Of a DNA stretch of 64,000 nt, positions 59,801 through 64,000 are shown one piece after another. Each line of letters begins with the position of its first letter. Position 1 is the first letter of the stretch. The notes beneath the pieces were generated by a model. That model was given only the letters and a program-made list of their open reading frames with translations, had not been told where the DNA came from and made no database searches. The position numbers and the translations under genes are program-made. The DNA is from Candidatus Poribacteria bacterium (GTDB taxonomy: Bacteria; Poribacteria; WGA-4E; WGA-3G), in the NCBI GenBank assembly GCA_965214095.1, contig OZ243938.1, positions 3,424,001 to 3,488,000 on the forward strand, read 5' to 3'.

Positions 59801-60631
59801 TTCTGGAATTATCAAAAGGTATCTGCCTCTGGGATCACAGGTGTGACTTTTGATGATTTTTTTGATGTTGACCGCGAAAGTAGCACAGAACTCACCGTTG
59901 AACTGACATTTGATGGGAATATGACCACCGATGGCACACTCACCTTTACCGTTGATTCGGATGCTATCGTGGATTATGATGGTTCGGCACTGACTGCGCA
60001 AATATCAGTCTCTGCAGTCAGTGAATCGGTCACCGCTTCACCATCCACATTGACCGAGGTAACACTTGATGGCACAGAGGTTACCCTCACACTCAGTGGA
60101 CGGAAATTTGAGCGATCAATTTTTGACATTAGAGATGCTGTGTCAGTCTCAGGTATATCGGGTGTAACATTCCCGTGGCACGACCCGGATAAGGAGAGTG
60201 ATACCGAACTCACTGTGAAACTGGACTTTGATGGAGATATCACAACTAATGGCACGCTTACCTTTACCGTCGGTGCGGATGCTATCGCAGGCTATAATGG
60301 TTCCGCACTTACTGCACAAGTGTCTGTCACTGCAAACCAAGAGAACGTTCTCGGGGCAAACTTCCCAAATCCATTTAACCCAGAAACATGGATACCGTAT
60401 AAGCTGGCGAAATCCACAGATGTAACTATCACTATCTATGCTGTGAACGGCATATTGGTCAGGACGTTGATCCTCGGACATCAAGCTGCAGGTATGTATC
60501 AAAGTCGTTCCCGTGCCGCGTATTGGGATGGTAAAAACGAGTTCGGTGAAAAAGTAGCGAGTGGCTTGTATTTCTATACACTCATAGCAAGCGATTTTAA
60601 TGCTACGCGCAAGATGTTGATACGGAAGTAA
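53863..60631 (+). pseudogene. Secreted WD40 - LRR - Big_1 - cadherin - repeat domain - FlgD-Ig CTD protein (~2250 aa), frameshifted at ~54699
   Basis: Signal peptide and WD40 blades (GHTDSV.SV.FSPDG..LAS....VKLW) up to NQELA. The sequence continues in another frame as HESSVYSVDFSPGG through LRR and cadherin modules to RKMLIRK. Confidence 0.8.
59056..59670 (+). repeat. Near-identical tandem cadherin-encoding repeats (~312 bp x2)
   Basis: NRAP.FTEGSS.TRSVAENTASGVNIGNPVSATDADGNTLTYSLGGTNASAFSIVSSSGQLQTKASLDYETK twice, almost identical in DNA. Confidence 0.9.
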
Positions 60632-60837
60632 AATTGAAAATATGGAAGATTGGAAAGTCGGAGATAAACGTTTCTATTTTCTAATTTCCCAGCTAAAATC
60701 AATAAAGTGGCTTTACCATGCAACCACTACCTGCAGCACGGATCGTTGGAGAATCGCTAATATATCCAAGTTTATACACGAACCTACAAAGCAAGGGACC
60801 GGAACCGCCAAACAGGTTATGTTTCTGAATTTAATTT

Positions 60838-61392
60838 ATGAAAACAATAGAACTTCTTCTACCGCATCGCCACCCTTTTCTGATGGTTGAATCAATTGTT
60901 GAGTACATTGGCAGTGATGTACCTATTCTCAATGCAGAGCGGACCATTCGTCGTTCTGAACCCATGTTTTACGGTGCTGAACCACCGTTTTACTGGCCAT
61001 CAGTGTACATCATTGAAGGTTTGGGACAATGCTGTATTCTCTTGACTCTCATTTGGGCATGTGAACGTAGACGTGAGGCGGATGGATTAGGCGCGGAAAA
61101 TGTGAGTGTTCTTTTCACAAGTACAGAAGGTGTTGATAACGACTATACTTTGACGCAATTTTTGGAGATTTTGTCAGACAAAACAGTGAATGACGTATCC
61201 AGAAATGGCATGTTAGCTTCGGTAGATGTTGAGATTGTTAGTAATGTTCAAGCGGGTAAGTTACTTCAATATAGGGTAGAACTGACACGTGTATTTGGAA
61301 GATTTGTCAGTTTTGGGGTGAAAGCGTTTGTTGAAGGACAGACAGTTGCCCACGGCACGATGGTGGGGGCACAATTGGAGAATATTATATGA
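60838..61392 (+). CDS. FabA/FabZ-like hot-dog fold (3-hydroxyacyl-ACP dehydratase-like) protein
   Basis: IELLLPHRHPFLMVE.I, P.VYIIEGLGQ, V.AG..L...V.L, A.VEGQTVA.G; the usual catalytic His (GHFP) is not evident. Confidence 0.75.
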   Translation: MKTIELLLPHRHPFLMVESIVEYIGSDVPILNAERTIRRSEPMFYGAEPPFYWPSVYIIEGLGQCCILLTLIWACERRREADGLGAENVSVLFTSTEGVDNDYTLTQFLEILSDKTVNDVSRNGMLASVDVEIVSNVQAGKLLQYRVELTRVFGRFVSFGVKAFVEGQTVAHGTMVGAQLENII

Positions 61393-62933
61393 CGTGCTAT
61401 TCCGATGTAGTGATCGTTGGCGGAGGTCTGGCAGGATTGACTTTAGCACTTCAACTGCGACAAACACTTCCAATACTCAGTGTGACTGTACTTGAGAAAC
61501 ACCGATACCCTGTGCCTGAAACAACTTTTAAGGTAGGCGAATCAATGGTAGAGGTATCCTCTTGGTATCTCAGGGAAATACTGGGATTAGGTGATCACTT
61601 GATGGAATCCCATTTACCAAAGTTTGGACTGCGCTTTTTTATGAGTGAACACGACAACAGTGATTTGGGATGCCGACCAGAGTTCGGACCATTGAGTAGT
61701 TCAGAAAACATACCGAATAAACCCATGAAGCATCTCCCCGGAATCCACCTTCCGACATACAACGTTGATCGTGGACGTTTAGAGAACCATCTCTTGGAAT
61801 GCTGTCGTGAGACCGATATAGAGGTCTTAGAAGCCTGCAAAGTTAAGAGTTTAAACCTCGGTAATCCCCACGAACTTGTCGCAGACGTAAGCACGGCCGA
61901 TTTGAAAATCAACTCGCGATGGGTTATTGATGCAACCGGTCGTGCGGGGTTCCTCGCACGACGTTTGAAACTCAGACAGACGCAAGGACATGAGGTCAAT
62001 GCCGCATGGTTTCGGCTTGCTGGGCGAATCGATCCAGACGATTGGACAGACAGTGCAGCGTATCACTCTAGAACACGGCCAGGGCTGCGTTGGCTTAGCA
62101 CGAACCATCTAATGGGAGAAGGCTACTGGATATGGCTGATTCCGCTCCCAAGTGGCGCGACAAGTGTCGGGATTATGACAGACCCTAACCTACACGCCTT
62201 GGAACAATTCAACCGATTTGAAAAGGTGTTGACGTGGCTCACACCACGGGAACCGCAACTAACTGAAGTTGTTTCGTCTTTTGAACATCTTGACTTCCAC
62301 GTTATGAAAGCAAAATCTTATCTCAGTCGACGCACTTTCTCAGCGGATCGTTGGGCACTCTGTGGAGAATCCGCATTTTTTTTAGATGCACTCTATTCAC
62401 CAGGAGGGGATTTTATCGCTGTGGGAAACACCTTAATAACACAAATGATTGAAGCAGATTTCGCATCAGACCGGCTCCAACTGTCAATTTGTGCCAAATT
62501 TGGTGAAGAGTTGTTAAATGGTATGTTCCGACATTATTTGGGGTTGTATCACGGGAACTACGCGTTGATGGGAAAACCAGGTGCCATGCTACAGAAAGTC
62601 GTCTGGGATACCGCTGTTTACTTCGCCTATAATGTCCTACTTTTCTGTAACGATCGCTTTTGTGATGTTAAGTTTCATCGTATGATTAAAAAGGAAAACG
62701 CGTTATTGGAGAGCCTACAACAGCGTATGATACACCGTTTCAAAAGGTATGAAGCACGGAGATGTTCTTACGCAGGGCACTTTATTGACCAAGCGCGCGT
62801 TGAGCAGGTTCAATCGCTCTATTTGTCCAGTAAAGACCGTTTAAAAGATGCTGGTATTCTCAAAGACCGATTGTCCGAAAACCTTAAAATCTTGGAGTCC
62901 TTTAGCAACAGGATAGAGGACCTTGTGAAATGA
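61389..62933 (+). CDS. Flavin-dependent halogenase (xanthomonadin/aryl-polyene-type)
   Basis: GGGLAG FAD motif, FKVGES, K in PKFGLRFF, DRGRLEN, WIWLIP (WxWxIP), FLDALYSPGGDF. By recollection it resembles the Xanthomonas xanthomonadin halogenase; not verified. Confidence 0.8.
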   Translation: MTCYSDVVIVGGGLAGLTLALQLRQTLPILSVTVLEKHRYPVPETTFKVGESMVEVSSWYLREILGLGDHLMESHLPKFGLRFFMSEHDNSDLGCRPEFGPLSSSENIPNKPMKHLPGIHLPTYNVDRGRLENHLLECCRETDIEVLEACKVKSLNLGNPHELVADVSTADLKINSRWVIDATGRAGFLARRLKLRQTQGHEVNAAWFRLAGRIDPDDWTDSAAYHSRTRPGLRWLSTNHLMGEGYWIWLIPLPSGATSVGIMTDPNLHALEQFNRFEKVLTWLTPREPQLTEVVSSFEHLDFHVMKAKSYLSRRTFSADRWALCGESAFFLDALYSPGGDFIAVGNTLITQMIEADFASDRLQLSICAKFGEELLNGMFRHYLGLYHGNYALMGKPGAMLQKVVWDTAVYFAYNVLLFCNDRFCDVKFHRMIKKENALLESLQQRMIHRFKRYEARRCSYAGHFIDQARVEQVQSLYLSSKDRLKDAGILKDRLSENLKILESFSNRIEDLVK

Positions 62934-63709
62934 ACACGCACACTGACCGAATTAGGAACCGATTGTCGCGATTACTATCCGACATGCAACCGCCTTCAGT
63001 TGCAGATGCACATCCAAAAATCTGTGAGCGGGTGTCGAACGCGCGGGCAGCTTTTTTGCAGGGGGTGCATCATGCACTAAAGGCTTCACCAGAGATGCTT
63101 CCTAAACTTTTACAAGATGAACCGTTCGAAAAACGTGGTTTTGCTCTTGAAGGTGCAGCGATGGCACTTACCTTAATGGATGAATTCAGCCCTGCACCTC
63201 AAAACCAGTTGAATGTATTCCTTAATGGACGATCTATTGAAGAACATATTCTAAGTGCAATTGGGGTTGGATGGGCAAGCGCACGTCTAGGAAAACCTTT
63301 TGACTGGTCACCGACAGCGTTAGACTCAAACTTTATAGCCGCAGTTGTAGATGGATACGGCTTTCACCAAGGATTCTTCCATCCTCAGCGGTTCACATGC
63401 AGGGGATTTCCTATGAGAGAGAGCGAATTAAGCACTTTCTATGATATTGGTCTCGGACGCGCATTGTGGTTTGTTCATGTCGGTCACATTGAAACTATTG
63501 TCCGCACTATTGACAGATTTTTACCGAAACGACGTAAGCAACTTTGGCATGGTGTCGGCACCGCTTGTGCCTTTACAGGTAGCACAGAATATGCCGCGAC
63601 ACAAATGAGGACTGCTGCGTCAAAATTTGAAAATAACTTCCAAGCAGGGGTAGATACCGGCACACAATTGCTGTGTTATCTTTCCCAACAAAAGGAGAAA
63701 ATACTATGA
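62930..63709 (+). CDS. DUF1702 family protein (enediyne cassette E3/UnbL-like)
   Basis: RGFALEGAAM, GVGWA.ARL, DGYGFHQGFF, D.GLGRALWF, LW.GVG.A..F.G; ATGA-coupled to both neighbours. Confidence 0.78.
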   Translation: MNTHTDRIRNRLSRLLSDMQPPSVADAHPKICERVSNARAAFLQGVHHALKASPEMLPKLLQDEPFEKRGFALEGAAMALTLMDEFSPAPQNQLNVFLNGRSIEEHILSAIGVGWASARLGKPFDWSPTALDSNFIAAVVDGYGFHQGFFHPQRFTCRGFPMRESELSTFYDIGLGRALWFVHVGHIETIVRTIDRFLPKRRKQLWHGVGTACAFTGSTEYAATQMRTAASKFENNFQAGVDTGTQLLCYLSQQKEKIL

Positions 63710-64000
63710 AACGAAGAGATTTTTTAATTGGCAGTATGGGGGCATTAGCTACAGGTGTTACTGGCTGCGCGGGTATCGGTCAGGTTATTGCTCCAGATTG
63801 GCAAAATATCACACCTTTGCAGATGGATCGTTTTTTGACAAGTCTCGATGGTGCGATGAATCAAATCACAGAGAACCCAGAAGGAGGACGTTTTATTAGT
63901 GAGCTACATCAAAAACCGATCAATGAAAAAGGTGCACGTTTGTTCTGTCAAGGGATGCGCACTCTCTTACTCGCTGGCAATTTCGGTGATCTATCGGTAA
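63706..64000 (+). CDS. Tat-signal lipoprotein, hypothetical (runs off window)
   Basis: MKRRDFLIGSMGALATGVTGC (twin-arginine motif plus lipobox) after an AGGAG RBS; open to the window end; not in the ORF track. Confidence 0.8.
   Translation, partial: MKRRDFLIGSMGALATGVTGCAGIGQVIAPDWQNITPLQMDRFLTSLDGAMNQITENPEGGRFISELHQKPINEKGARLFCQGMRTLLLAGNFGDLSV

Noticed and set aside
34830-60502. Dozens of minus-strand ORFs (up to 298 aa) within the giant genes
   Set aside because: Antisense shadows of repetitive LRR/cadherin coding sequence, with no independent protein motifs
34756-60631. Diversity-generating retroelement or shufflon as the diversifier
   Set aside because: No reverse transcriptase or site-specific recombinase, no adenine-specific template/variable repeat pair, and no inverted cassettes seen
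60642-60890. 82-aa ORF starting MEDWK
   Set aside because: Its start comes from the duplicated 3' flank also seen at 52988; it overlaps the FabZ-like gene and has no recognisable domain
60838-64000. Calling this a true enediyne cluster
   Set aside because: No PksE, thioesterase, E4 or E5 in the window; DUF1702 alone is insufficient

Overview
Bacterial DNA of roughly 42% GC (visual estimate). Its gene content points to a Candidatus Poribacteria-like marine or sponge symbiont (inference): a PhyH dioxygenase, an FGE/SUMF1 lipoprotein, C-terminal 'KLTTTWGxIK' and 'NxPNPFNPETWIPY...RKMLIRK' tails, and many eukaryote-like repeat proteins. (1) 1-16.5 kb is a mixed metabolic and repair region: VOC, PhyH, SCP2, Ogt, a PLP trans-sulfuration enzyme, a TPR protein, an XPB-like helicase plus frameshifted DUF790/Bax1, an AAA+PD-(D/E)XK protein, ThuA, an enolase-superfamily enzyme, lipoproteins, a TolB-like propeller and a PHP hydrolase. 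Its intergenic spaces are packed with GTAG-type REP hairpins, often nested inside short elements bounded by terminal inverted repeats (TIRs). (2) 17-28.3 kb is an 11-subunit complex I-like operon, nuoABCDH-x-IJKLMN, with no nuoEFG, an ~80-aa insertion in NuoI and His-rich loops in NuoL. (3) 28.3-34 kb holds tRNA-Gln(CTG), DUF1801, a D-arm-deleted tRNA-Glu(CTC), YyaL, FGE, and a deletion scar joining an ABC/AAA ATPase fragment to an IS5 remnant. (4) 34.7-60.6 kb is a ~26 kb locus of giant secreted modular proteins (4698 aa, ~1340 aa, and a frameshifted ~2250 aa) built from LRR, cadherin, Ig-like, WD40, YWTD, cohesin/dockerin and metzincin modules, with DNA-level signs of module copying and gene remnants. 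(5) 60.8-64 kb is the start of a possible biosynthetic operon: a FabZ-like protein, a flavin-dependent halogenase, a DUF1702 (enediyne E3-like) protein and a Tat lipoprotein. All calls come from motif recognition by eye; no database searches were run.
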